Positions 17,527 to 34,184 of a stretch of 64,000 bases of DNA are shown one piece after another. The DNA comes from the human T2T-CHM13v2.0 reference genome, Homo sapiens: NCBI RefSeq assembly GCF_009914755.1, contig NC_060927.1, one strand, 5' to 3'. The stretch's first letter is position 1; each line of letters begins with the position of its first letter. A program made the position numbers and the translations under genes. Under the pieces are notes generated by a model that saw only the letters and a list, made by a program, of their open reading frames with translations, was not told the origin of the DNA and did no database searches.

Positions 17527-17667
17527 ATTAATAAAAGTAATAACTGCAAAGGATTAAAGCATATCAAATATATATGTAAATCTACTAGTTTGCAATAGTA
17601 TTAAAAATAAAAAGAAAGAATAAGACAATCCTAAATGGTCACTTTTGGAGGATGCTAGGTATAGTGA

Positions 17668-18452
17668 CGTCAAGATGGTTGGAAACTTACCATTCCTCCA
17701 GAGAGCTGGAGTCTGTATCTCCTTTCCTTGGATCTGAGCCAGGCTCTGTACTTGTGTTCACCAATGGGATTTTGTGGAGATGCTGTGTAATCTCTAAGAC
17801 TGAGACTTATGAGCTCTGCATATTTCACAACTTGCTCTTAGAACCTAGCTGTCATGTCAAAAGCCTGATTACGCTGGGCACGGTGGCTCACGCTTGTAAT
17901 CCAAGCACTTTGGGAGGCCAAGGCAGGTGGATCATGAGGTCAGGAGATCGAGACCATTCTGGCTAACACTGTGAAACACTGTTTCTACTAAAAATACAAA
18001 CAATTAGCCAGGCGTGGTGGCTGGCTCCTGTAGTCCCAGCTACTCAAGAGGCTGAGGCAGGACAATGGCATGAACCCGGGAGGCAGAGCTTGCAGTGAGC
18101 CAAAATTGCACCACTGCCCTCCAGCCTGTGTGACAGAGCCAGACTCTGTCTCAAAAAAAAAAAAAAAAAGGCTGATTACCTGGAGATTACGTTGTGAGGA
18201 AGCCTGAAATAGCCACATGGAGAGAAAACTTCCCAGCAGGCCCCCAGCTATTCCAGCCATTCCCACTGAGGTGCTAGACAAATGGGTAAAGAAGCCATCA
18301 TGGATGCTCCAGCCCCAGAAGACGTAACATGCAGTAGAGGAGCCACCCAGCTGAGCCCAGCCAGACTGCAGAATTGGGAGGACTAATAAATACTTGTTGT
18401 TTTTAACTACTAAGTTATAGAGTTGTTCATTACCTAGCAAGAGATAACTAAA
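17668..18452 (+). mobile_element. MLT1E/F-like LTR interrupted by an Alu
   Basis: CCCAGCTGAGCCCAGCCAGACTGCAGAATTG and AATAAATACTTGTTGTTTTTAA...GATAACTAA. Confidence 0.7.
17873..18169 (+). mobile_element. Alu (Sc/Y-like)
   Basis: Full dimer, A-tail, TSD AAAG(C/G)CTGATTAC. Confidence 0.95.
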
Positions 18453-18486
18453 GCCCTCATTATTTTGCCATTATTTTGAAAATAAG

Positions 18487-18800
18487 GGCCAGGCATAGTG
18501 GCTCATACCTGTAATCCCAGAACCTTGGAAGACCGAGGGAGGAGGGTCACTTGCACCCAGGAGTTAGAGACCAGCCTGGGCAACATTTGTAGAGATGGGA
18601 CCCCATCTCTACAAATTTTTTTTTTAAAACTTAGATGGGCATGGTGGTGTATGCCTGAGGTCCCATCTACTTGGGAGGGTGAGGCTGGAGAATTACTTGA
18701 GCCCAAGAGGTCGAGGATGCAGTAAGCCATGATTACATCATTGCACTCTAGCCTAGGTGACAGAGTGAAACCCTGTCTCAAAAAAAAAAAAAAAAAAAAA
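18487..18800 (+). mobile_element. AluJ
   Basis: Diverged dimer with J-type GAGCCCAAGAGGTCGAGGATGCAGT and an A-tail. Confidence 0.9.
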
Positions 18801-19021
18801 TCAAATCTGAATCTGATTAAGCCACTTGATATAATTATCAATTTATAGGATATAAACATAATATAAAAATATTTTAAACTATACCACATAGGTAAAATGA
18901 GCAAAATCTAGACCACAGTCAACTCTATGGAAAAATGACCCAATTTTTAAAAAATAATTTCAGGAGGGAAAAATAAAAGGAGAAGGAATCTGTAGGTTAA
19001 AAAAGATTTTAAGAACATATC

Positions 19022-19330
<309 letters not shown>

Positions 19331-20409
19331 TTATAATGTATGTATCCTATTTGGATGCTGATTCAAATAAATAACATGTTAAAATATTATAAAATTTATG
19401 AGATAATTGATCTTTTAATCACAGATTAGATATTTGATAATACTAAAGAATTATGGGTTTTTTCAGTCATGATAATGGGTTTGTTATAAAAATATCCTAA
19501 TGTTTTAGTAATTAATATGAAAGTGTATATAGATGAAGTAATATAAGGTCTAGGATTTGCTTTCCAATAAGAAGGGAGAGGAAAGTGGTTGGACTGCAGG
19601 TGGGGCAGGATTGGCCTTAGGTTGGTGATTGTTGGGGTTGAGTGCTGGCTGTCTGGGAGGAGGAGTTACTATTTTGTCAGCTTTAGTGCCTGGTTTACAT
19701 TTTCTATAATAAAAGTTTTAAAATGTTATATGAGTAGGCCTAATCAGCCTTCACCATTCTTCTGAAAACTCATTGTTCTCAAACATCTCACATGCATCAT
19801 GTAGTGTTAACTATTTTATATGTACATATATAACATTTTTCTGAGGTCACACCAGCCTGAAGACAAAAATAACAATCACAAAAATGAATTTGTTTGTTCT
19901 GCTCCCACCTGCTCTGTAGGAACTTCAGTCCCTTCAGATTCCTCTCAATTTCTTCTCTTCTGCTGTAGCTGTGTTGTCGTCTCTTGTGGCTGTCCCCACT
20001 GTGCCACCTACTACTATGTATGCCCATGAGACGGGAGCCTGGCTTCTGTACCCAGAAGACTTTCTCCACAGCCACAGAGGATAGCAGTGCCTTCTGCTGC
20101 TGCCAAAACTCTGTCATAACTGCATCTTTTTGAAGCCTTGTGCTCATGGTGGGCTGGACAAGTTAATAAAAGTAGTTAGCTGCCTCCTCAGCTCACTACA
20201 ACTACCTTAATTGCACCATGCAATCTGTCCTAGATAGGTCCCTGGCCATCAGGCTGCTGCAGTGTGATCCTTTCTTTTGGCTGCAGAGAGTTGGACCAAG
20301 GTAGGGCCCGTAGCTAACATGAGCCAAATGCTTCCATGAAAATGCAGGATTGAGAGAAACAGTCTGTGTAGCTAGAGTTATACTCAGTGACCTTAGGCAG
20401 CCAAGTGTA

Positions 20410-20751
20410 ATGCCATAGTTAACCAGGAAAAAAAGTTGGATAAGAATAAAATATTTTAAAACCATATTTCCTAGTTTTCTTCCTGGAAAAGATCTAGAAA
20501 CAATGACCAACCAAATAGCAATGAGCACACCTAGAACTCAGATTGCGGTCTCCAAACATCACTTCCAACCAAAAGGAGTCAGAACTCTTTGGGGGAAATG
20601 TCTGGCTCTATGTCTGGGTCAAAGAATATTCCAGGTAAGCCTGAAACATCTTGATACACCAGAAATCAAGGAGTCAGTCAGGGTGGTGTTAAAAGTATTC
20701 AGAAGGAAACTTAAATAATCTCCCACTGGCCAAATAAGAGACAATTTGAGC
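20410..20751 (+). repeat. Dispersed direct duplication, copy 2 (within MLT1-like sequence)
   Basis: Matches 17183-17526; no poly(A) tail or clear TSD; right flank ends in MLT1-type GTTACTTGCAACCAAAG near 20975. Confidence 0.95.
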
Positions 20752-22654
20752 TCAGTTTTCTGAGAAACAGTGTCTCCCATGCACTGAGAGAGGCAGAGAA
20801 GAGAGATGGAGGAACAGTACTTTCATGCTCCTGATTGTTTCCATTCCTGGTTTAGATCTTTGTGGTCTCCAGCTACATTCTTGTCTGTGGGTATTGAAAG
20901 CCAACTCACATCCTTAAAATAAATTTTCATTTCCTGTTTAATCCAGCCTCAGTTAGTGTTGGTTACTTGCAACCAAAGAGTACAGATAAACAGTGTAGAA
21001 CTCTTCCATTAATTTACATCTTGCTTTGTTTGTTTGTTTTTGCAGTCTCCTTTGCCTAGGCTTCTGAATGTGTTTTCTCATTCAGAAGTTTTCTCCACTA
21101 GACTATGGAACAAGGGCTAGGCTCGGAATTACCAACCCCCTCCTCCCCAGGTACCAAACTGTCACTCTGTCCTGAAACTAAACTTGTGTGCTTTGAATTT
21201 CCCTTTTCTTTAGATGGATTGTTTCCTAGGAGACTTCCTAGGCCTCTCATGTAAACATGCCCTTGTTGGGCACAGCCTGACTGCACCCATGACAAATCTG
21301 AGGGGAGCACATTTTAGGATCAAGGTGTGGGTCTTTAGGAACCATGTCTCCTAAATTTTGCAGTAAATCCAGAGAGTACACAGGCTGAGTCAGCCACTTC
21401 CTGCCCCCTCCCTGATTATTCTTTACCCAGCATGGAGTAAATGCTTAAACTGTGCTTAGAGACTGATTGATTGGTTGATAGTTGAATAGACAGCCTCACA
21501 TTTCTGATTTTTTTACCTCCAAGTGTCTTCCTTTACAAAACAGATACCTTGACATAATAAGAACTTATATTAGTTTAAAGTAATTGCTTATATTTTTCAA
21601 ATTGCTCTGCTTGCTGTCTTCTAAAAGTGGCTAGAGTGCAATAAGGGAAGAGCTGTAAAAGCTGTCTATCACCAGATGTATTCTCTTATCTGCAGATATG
21701 AGTGGCTTCTAGTTTACAAGAAGCCTAATAATAAACTAGAACCCACATCACTGGCCAAAGGTAATAGGAAAAGGGAGTTTTCTGCTCTCAACTAGAGATA
21801 AACTTTTGATTGCTTAGGCTCTTGTTATGAAACCAAGTGGCAGAACATGCTGAGTACCTCTCTCCCCCAGAAAAATAGAACAAAAATTCCAGAATGTAGG
21901 CAAAACTCATCTTTGTGAATATTTCTGTCTCTCTCATCTCTAATGTTTAAGCCACTGAAGGGAAATGAGGCATGGGGCTCTCTGGAAGGGGACAGGCATG
22001 CAAATTAGGAAAAGAATCGATAAATTTTTGTGTGTTGAGTCCAAGAACTCTTGATCTCAAGATGTGATAGGGGAAAGAAGCATATAGGAATACATAAGGA
22101 AACAATTAATTGCCTTCCTTAAGTTGGAAGGTGAGAGCTGAGGCAGATGGAAGTCTCCACAGAAATCAGCCTTTATGGGTTTTCAATGTAGTTACTTTGG
22201 AAGAATATTAAGAGAGTAGGCAGCAGTTGTGGAAGTGATCAGGAGAGTGTAGGGGGTAATGAGGAAAGTCATGTTTTAGAGAAGCATTAGGACAGAGAGG
22301 AGCAATTTGCAGGCTTTTCTGTGCAGCCTAAATAACACCTTGTGTTTTCTCTGCAAAATGATCAAAGAAAGACAAGATTCAGAATGGAAGTCTCAACCAC
22401 CCTAATGTCCAGCAAAGGCTCTGGCGATAAAAGATTCTGTGATTGTGAAATGGCTGAGGTGGCCACCCCTAGTTCTCTTCATCAAAGCCACCACACAGAT
22501 GTTCAATAGAGGAAGACAGATGACCATCTGCAGATCATGATTGTGCTTTTCTGCTCAAAGAAGAACTAGTGAGGGGGGTCACCAGCCAGAACCAATGTGT
22601 TCACTTCAGCTGATGGAATGGCTAGGCAGTGCCTACAACCGTGTATAGAGGCTC

Positions 22655-23187
22655 TATTACTGGAAAGGGGTCCCAATTTAGACCCCAAGGGAGCGTTCTT
22701 GGATCTCACACAAGAAAGAATTCAGGCTGAGTCCATAGAATAAAACGAAAGCAAGTTTATTAAGGAAGTAAAGGAATAAAAGAATGGCTACTCCATAGGC
22801 AGAGTGGTTGCCCAGTTTTATGGTTATTTCTTGATTATATGCTAAACAACAGGTGGATTATTAATGCCTCCCCTATATAGGGTGGCTTCCTGACATTGCC
22901 ATGGCATTTGTAAAGCGTCATGGGGCTGGTGGGAGTGTAGCAGTGAGGATGACCGGTGGTCACTCTTCTGTCACCATCTTGGTTTTGGTGGGATTTGGCT
23001 GGGTTCTTTACTGCATCCTATTTTATCCGCAAGGTCTTTATGACCTGTATCTTGTGCCGACCTCCTATCTCATCCTGTGACTTACTTAGAATGCTAACCA
23101 CCTAGCAATACAGCCCAGTAGGTCTCAGCCTTGTTTTACCCAGCCCTTATTCAAGATGGAGTGGCTCTGGTTTAAACACCTTTGACA
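22655..23187 (-). mobile_element. MER41A solo LTR (ERV1)
   Basis: Reverse strand starts TGTCAAAGGTGTTTAAACCAGAGCCACTCCATCTTGAAT and ends GACCCCTTTCCAGTAATA; flanks GCTC/GTTC resemble a 4-bp TSD; MER41B-specific blocks absent. Confidence 0.85.
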
Positions 23188-23489
23188 GTTCCAGTGAAGT
23201 TGTAGGGTACAGGGTTTTGAGGGTTGACTTAGTTCTCTCATCTTTCAGAATCAGCCTCCTCCCAGATAAAAAATATTTTCTGTGAAAGAAAAGATTTCAA
23301 CTTTGAATGTAAGCTTCAGTTCCTGTCATCTGTAATATCAGGGTAATAATATGCCTAACTCATGAGGTTGATTAGATAAATAAAATGAAATGATCTAAAG
23401 CTCTTAGCACAATCCTTGGCACATATAGGTGCCATATGTTAGCCTTAATATTCGTACAAGTATTTAATGTTTTATTCAAGAGATTCCCT

Positions 23490-24010
23490 ATCAATCAGGA
23501 AAATAGAAGTGATTCTAGATCTTTCAAGTAGAGAAATTTAACATAGGGCATTTGTTATACAGATAATGGAAGAGCTGAGAAGCCAAACTGTGGGACAGTG
23601 AGGAATTCCAGAGATTAGCAACAACAGGAAACTGCTATCATTTTAGTGCTGGAGCAACAATAGGAGGAGAGCTCAGAGGCCAGGGCCATCAAGCTGGCTT
23701 GAGAAACATGGTGGGGCCTGTCCAGTGGGAGGTGGGGCAATAAGGAAAGGATCTGTTTCTCCAGAGCTAGAATCACAGGAGAAAAGTAACCATTGCTACT
23801 ATTCCCTACTGAGATACCACTGAAGTAACGCATGACAAGAAGAAATACCCTGCTCTCTTCATTCTTCCCACCCTCCAGCCTTCCACTTGTGTCTCCCACT
23901 AGCTGAGTCCACCCAGGAGCACATTGGCAAGAGAGCCTGAGAAGTATGGTTTTTTACCATACAGAGTAGAGCTGCAAAAGGGCATGGAGTGGACAGCCAA
24001 CAAGCAAATG
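23490..24010. mobile_element. Ancient LTR (ERVL/MaLR class, subfamily uncertain)
   Basis: CAGGAAAATAGAA...GGAAGAGCTGAGAAGCCAAAC...CAGAGATTAGCAACAACAGGAA resembles recalled old LTR sequence. Confidence 0.45.
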
Positions 24011-24609
24011 ACCAGCATTCTTTACAAAGACTGGAGAGTTGACTGCTGCAATCCTTGGAAGATGGCAGCGGTGGTCTTTAGTTTTCCTAGCCTCTTTGGC
24101 CTTGAGCTTGTCCTCTGATGAATATTTTATGCTCAGCTTGCTCATTCAAGCCTGTTCTCAGAGAATTTCTTCCCTTTCAGGGTTCACTGGCTGGCAATAG
24201 TTTAAAAAGCTGCCTCTCAGGGAATTTACAGCATGGACCGAGACGATGAGGTTAGAAAGATATTCTAACAGTGACGTCTTAACATTTCAGGCTTTAGACA
24301 CGTGAGAGGCTTTTTTCCTCTTTTTTTTTTAAACCCCAGGGTCTTCATTTGTAGAGTCCTGAGAATTGCAGCGCAAAACCTATGTTTTTTAATATTCAGA
24401 TTGTTTCCTCCGTCATTACTATCCTGTGAGTAGAAAAACAGGGACTGATGTTCCTCGATTTAAAGAAAAGCATAGAATTGAAGAAACTCAATATGACAGA
24501 TATAATTGATAGAGATGGAATTTGAGTCCACTTTTTCCTGACCTAAAGCCAAGCATCTTCCCACTCTGCATTGTGCCCTTCCCAAGGGAAATACAATGGG
24601 TTCAAGGGC

Positions 24610-25330
24610 AATGTCATTTATTGAAGTAGTCCATTCTTTCTCCCTGTAGAATGACTCCTTTTCACACATTAAATTCTCATACATATGGGGAGCCTGTTTC
24701 TGGAGTGTTTTATCTATTTATCTCCAATCCAATTTGTCTAGTCCTGCATAAAAATCATGCTGTCTTAATTAGTTTGGCTTTAGAGTATATTTTAATATGT
24801 GGTAAAGAATGTCCCTTCTCCCCTCTATTTTTCCTTATCCTCACTCTTTTTCTCAACATTTTCCTTGTCTCTTTTGTATATTATCTTTTCCGTGATAAAC
24901 TTGGAATCTATTCATCAAATTTTAAAAATAAATTGTTTGAACTTTTGATTAGGATTGTATTGAATAGCAAATTAATTTTAGGAGAATTGCTATCTTTTCA
25001 ATATTGAGTCTTTCTATATAACAACATGCAGTATCATTCTATTTATTCAATTCTTTTTTATGTCCTTTGGTAACATTTTATGGCCTTCCTCAAAAAAATC
25101 TTGCATATATCTTGTTAGATGTATTCCTAGGCTTACTATGGTTTTGGTTGCAGACACAAACAAGGTATTTCCTCTCATGACATTTTGTAATTGGCTATTG
25201 CTGATGTAGAGAAAATTTCCTAGTTGTTGTATGCTCTTGTACCTAATCATCTTCCTAAACTCACTTTTTGTTTTTAATGGCTCTTTAGTGCATTATCCTG
25301 GGTTTCTTAGGTAGAGAGTCAAATTGTCTA
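24610..25330 (-). mobile_element. Old L1M ORF2 fragment
   Basis: Minus-strand ORF 25047-25250 (LYISNSQLQN...SLGIHLTRYMQD) resembles L1 ORF2 LYTNN...[12 protein letters not shown]. Confidence 0.7.
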
Positions 25331-25646
25331 GCTTTCCTACCATATTTAAGTTGTTCTTCACTTTATGTCTATTTCCCCACAAATACTCTACAATTTGTCT
25401 CATTGCCATTATATTCTGTCTTGAATTGTAGGAATGTCTATGCATTTTATTACCTTTAGTAGATTTTCTGAGAGGAAATTGTTTTATTTATCTTTGTACT
25501 ATCTTTTCCTATTCCTCCAAGATCCCAGCATATTACCTGGCATAAAGCATATAGTAGATGTTCAATAAATGTTTCTGGAATAATTATTCACGCCTTGTAG
25601 TGTAGTGAACTATGTATATTAAATCTGGACTAGATTTTGCGGTCAA

Positions 25647-25750
25647 ATAAGATTTTGTTTTAACCTATGTGTCTCAACCTGACTTCTTTGTATCATTCTT
25701 TAGATACAAAGAAGTCAGATTGAGACACATAGGTTAAAACAAAATGTTAT
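25647..25750. repeat. Long inverted repeat (48-bp arms, 8-nt loop)
   Basis: 25647-25694 versus the reverse complement of 25703-25750: 46/48 identical. Confidence 0.95.
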
Positions 25751-25926
25751 ATGCCCACACCAGGCAAATAAATGGGAATCACATGGCCCTGAGGCAGGAG
25801 GGCTTCAGAGTACAATAGGGAGCAAATATGTCAAATTCTTGGCTTTGGAATTTAAAATTAGGGCTTAGACAAAAAGGCAAACTTTGCAGTCCAATGAGGT
25901 TTCATTCTCCTTCCCATTTAGCCCTG

Positions 25927-25973
25927 CACACACATACACACACACGTGCACACACACACACACATACACACAC
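25927..25973. repeat. Interrupted (CA)n microsatellite
   Basis: Direct reading. Confidence 0.9.
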
Positions 25974-26724
25974 CCTAAGACTAGACAAAGATTCCACAAT
26001 GAGGAAAGGGGAGGTACTGTAAACTGCACCCAAATCAGCACGAAGAGTTTCATGCCTGGAGTTCTGTCTGAGGAGGCCCCATCCGTGACTCCATCGATCT
26101 TTTTGTACATGAACAGAAGACATGGTCCCAGCTAAGGAACAATATTAGTTACATTTAAAGATGCAGCTAAAGATAATTACCCATCTGCATCAGTCAGCAG
26201 CTCAAGTTGATGCAATAGCAAGAGTGATGCCCACCTATGCTCTGAGGTCTTGCTAAGTCTTGATTCTCCCCACCCCATCACTGTGCTCTCCCTGGGCCAG
26301 GAAATGCCTAAGTCCCCAGAGAAGAGAAAAGGCCTTGACACCTGCCTTGGTGGCAGTGGCCTAGAAAAAACAGCTCTCCTCCCATGCACTCACCCAACAT
26401 TTGGCAAAGGGGGCTAGAAAGGACCTGCTCCAGGCGTCCCACTGGCAGAGGCAGAGGCAAGACAATCACCTGTTAGATCTTCCTCTATCCCTTTATTTTG
26501 AGCCTATGTGTGTCTCTGCACGTGAGATGGGTCTCCTGAATACAGCACACTGATGGGTCTCGACTCTTTATCCAATTTCTCAGTCTGTGTCTTTTAATTG
26601 GAACATTTAGCCCATTTACATTTCAGGTTAATATTGTTATGTGTGAATTTGATCCTGTCATTATGATGTTAGCTGTTTATTTTGCTCATTAGTTGATGCA
26701 GTCTCTTCCTAGCATCAATAGTCT

Positions 26725-27749
26725 TTACAATTTGGCATGTTTTTGCAGTGGCAGGTACCAGTTGTTCCTTTCCATGTTTAGTGCTTCCTTCAGGAGCTTT
26801 TGTAAGGCAGGCCTGGTGGTGACAAAATCTCTTAGCATTTGCTTGTCTGTAAAGGATTTTATTTCCCCTTCACTTATGAAGCTTAGTTTGGCTGGATATG
26901 AAATTCTGGGTTGAAAATTCTTTCCTTTAAGAATGTTAAATATTGGCCCCACTCTCTTCTGGCTTGCAGAATTTCTGCCGAGAGATCCGCTATTAGTCTG
27001 ATGGGCTTCCCTTTGTGGGTAACCCGACCTATCTCTCTGGATGCCCTTAACAATTTTTCCTTCATTTCAACTTTGGTGAATCTGACAATTACGTGTCTTG
27101 GAGTTGCTCTTCTCGAGGAGTATCTTTGTGGTATTCTCTGTATTTCCTGAATTTGAATGTTGGCCTGCCTTGCTAGGTTGGGGAAATTCTCCTGGATAAT
27201 AGCCTGCAGAATGTTTTCCAACTTGGTTCCATTCTCCCTGTCACTTTCAGGTACACCAATCAAACGTAGATTTGGTCTTTTCACATAGTCCCATATTTCT
27301 TGGAGGCTTTGTTTGTTTCTTTTTACTCTTTTTCCTCTAAACTTCTCTTCTCGCTTCATTTCATTCATCTGATCTTCAATCACTGATACCTTTCTTCCCA
27401 TTGATCGAATTGGGTACTGAAACTTGTGCATGTGTCACGTAGTTCTCATGCCATGGTTTTCAGCTCCATTAGGTCATTTAAGGTCTTCTCTATGCTGTTT
27501 ATTCTAGTTAGCCATTTGTCCAATCTTTTTTCAAGGTTTTTAGCTTCTTTGTGATGGGCTCAAACATCCTGTTTTAGCTCGGAGAAGTTTGTTATTACTG
27601 ATGGTCTGAAGCCTTCTTCTCTCAACTTGTCAAAGTCATTCTCCATACAGCTTTGTTCTGTTGCTGGCGAGGAGCTGCGTTCCTTTGGAGGAGAAGAGGT
27701 GTGCTGATTTTCAGAATTTTTCAGCTTTTCTGCTCTGGTTTCTCCCCAT
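26725..27749 (-). pseudogene. Disrupted L1 ORF1 (inverted segment)
   Basis: ATG at 27749; pieces QSLQEIWDYVKRPNLRLIGVPE and FQPRISYPAKLSF split by frameshifts. Confidence 0.9.
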
Positions 27750-28120
27750 CTTTGTGGTTTTACCTACCTTTGGTCCTTGATGATGGTGACATACAGATGG
27801 GGTTTTGGTGTGGATGTCCTTTCTGCTTGCTAGTTTTCCTTCTAAGAGTCAGGACCCTCAGCTGCAGGTCTGTTGGAGTTTGCTGGAGGTCCACTCCAGA
27901 CACTGTTTGCCTGGGTATCACCAGAGGAGGCTGCAAAACAGCAAAAATTGCAGAACAGCAAATGTTGCTGCCTGCTCCTTCCTCTGGAAGCTTCATCTCA
28001 GAGGGGCACCCAGCCGTATGAGGTGTCAGTTGGCCCTACTGGGAGGTGTCTCCCAGTTAGGCTACTCGGGGGTCAGGGACCCACTTGAGGAGGCAGTCTG
28101 TCCATTCTCAGATCTCAAAC

Positions 28121-31748
<3,628 letters not shown>

Positions 31749-33207
31749 ACAGTGAGAACACCTGGACAAAGGGTGGGGGACATCACACACTGGGGCCTGT
31801 CGTGGGGTGTAGGGAGTCGGGAGGGATAGCATTAGGAAATATACCTAATGTAAATGACGAGTTAATTGGTGCAGCACACCATCATGGCACATGTATGCAT
31901 ATGTAACAAACCTGCACGTTGTGCACATGTACCCTAGAACTTAAAGTATAATAATAATAAAAAAAACCATACAAGTACCAAAAACAAAATAAACCACCCC
32001 CACGCCCCCGCCAAAATAAAAGACAATCACCCATTTCTGATGCATCTGTTAAGGGCAAAGATTGGCTAAGTCAATGGCGACTCTTCCTCTGTACCTGCTC
32101 AACACTGCCATGGCTTGGCAAAGGTCCTGGTACATGAAATATGTTCAGTAGATATCTGGAGGTTGCTGCTCCAATAATGCAGATGGAGAGATTGCTTAAA
32201 TCATTAGGACTAGAGGAAGTCCCTTACCCTCCTCCTTTCCTAACTAGCCAGCTGCCCCAGCACTCCCACCTAGTAGATACCTGCCAGGGATAAGGCTATT
32301 AACTCTGCTACAAAGGCCTTCCTGGGGAGACTGCTGCAGTGATGGTTCCAGAAACTTAGTCTAGTTAGCTCTTTCCCCATGGAGGAATTAACCACAGGGA
32401 ACTGGACCTGGGTTTCCAGGCAACGGAAGTGCTTCAAATCTGGGTTTTGATGGCCCTGTGAACACCCTTCGGGTGCAGTGCCACACTGGGATTTAAAAAC
32501 GGGAAAAATTAGCACAATGTAGTGTGGAGAAGTGAATCGGGCATCATTAGGGTGTTTCAAGCTGACCCACCACCCTGAGTATTGTAACTTTAGAAAATCA
32601 AAGAATGTCTAAACCGGACGGGCTCCAGGGATGCTAAATCCAACTTTATTTTAGTAGTGCTGGGTCCCCAAGAGGGGCAGAGGGAGACCTGTGGTCTCAC
32701 TGCCAGTCAGTATCACCTACAGATGGCACCCCCAGGCTCTAAAGTCTTTCCCACCCCTCTGACCACAAAGCAGCTTTAATCGCCTGTCTTTTCACCCGAG
32801 CCAGTGCAGCCTTGTGTTTATACCTGCATCACTGCCTTCAGAGGGAGTGCTCATGGAAGTAGAGATGTCTTCCTCACTTTCTTGGAACACCCATCATGCG
32901 GGCTGGTGAACAGCAATCAGCCCACAAACATTTGTTGAGTGAATATAGGAACTTCACCCACTCACTGTTGAGTCAAATCAGGAGGCTAGAAGATGAAATG
33001 GAGCCGTTCTTCCACCTCCTCACCCCTGCCCTGACAGCTGTGTGCTCTGGAGTAAGCCAGGTAGCCTCATCTGAAAAATGGGAGGAGTCATGGATGCAGC
33101 TAGAGCCCAGGAGGATCATGCAGTAAAAGTGCCCCGACAGCTGTAAAGTCTTCCACAATGTCAATGTGCTTTTCTTTTTGCAAATGTGCTTGGCTCTCTC
33201 TAATCTT

Positions 33208-33815
<608 letters not shown>

Positions 33816-34184
33816 GATCTCTAATTCCATTAACCAGGTGTGGTTCTCTGCTCCCACTTACTTAGGTACACACCTTTTAGTGATAACCAGGTATGCAAGC
33901 AACAGCCCCCAAAACCTGCAAAGGAGCAGGAAAGGGAAGAGAGGTGACTACTTGTTGAGGGTCTTCATGTACTTAGGGCCTCAATAGGCCCTATACAGCT
34001 CTCAATTTCTTTAATCAATCTTCCTAGCAGCCCGTGAGAAATATTACTGTCTTCAGCTTCCTAAAGGAGAAAACAGAGGCCTGGAGGGATTAAAAGACTT
34101 TTCTAAGATTTTAGAGGGCATGTTAGGGTTCAGGCCCAGGGCTGTCTAACCCAAGGCCTAATTCCTTCTATTACATCCATCATG

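Noticed and set aside
32714-32730. CTCF-like CCTACAGATGGCAC (similar partial matches near 40415 and 41125)
   Set aside because: Mismatches at informative positions; cannot be supported without PWM scoring or ChIP data
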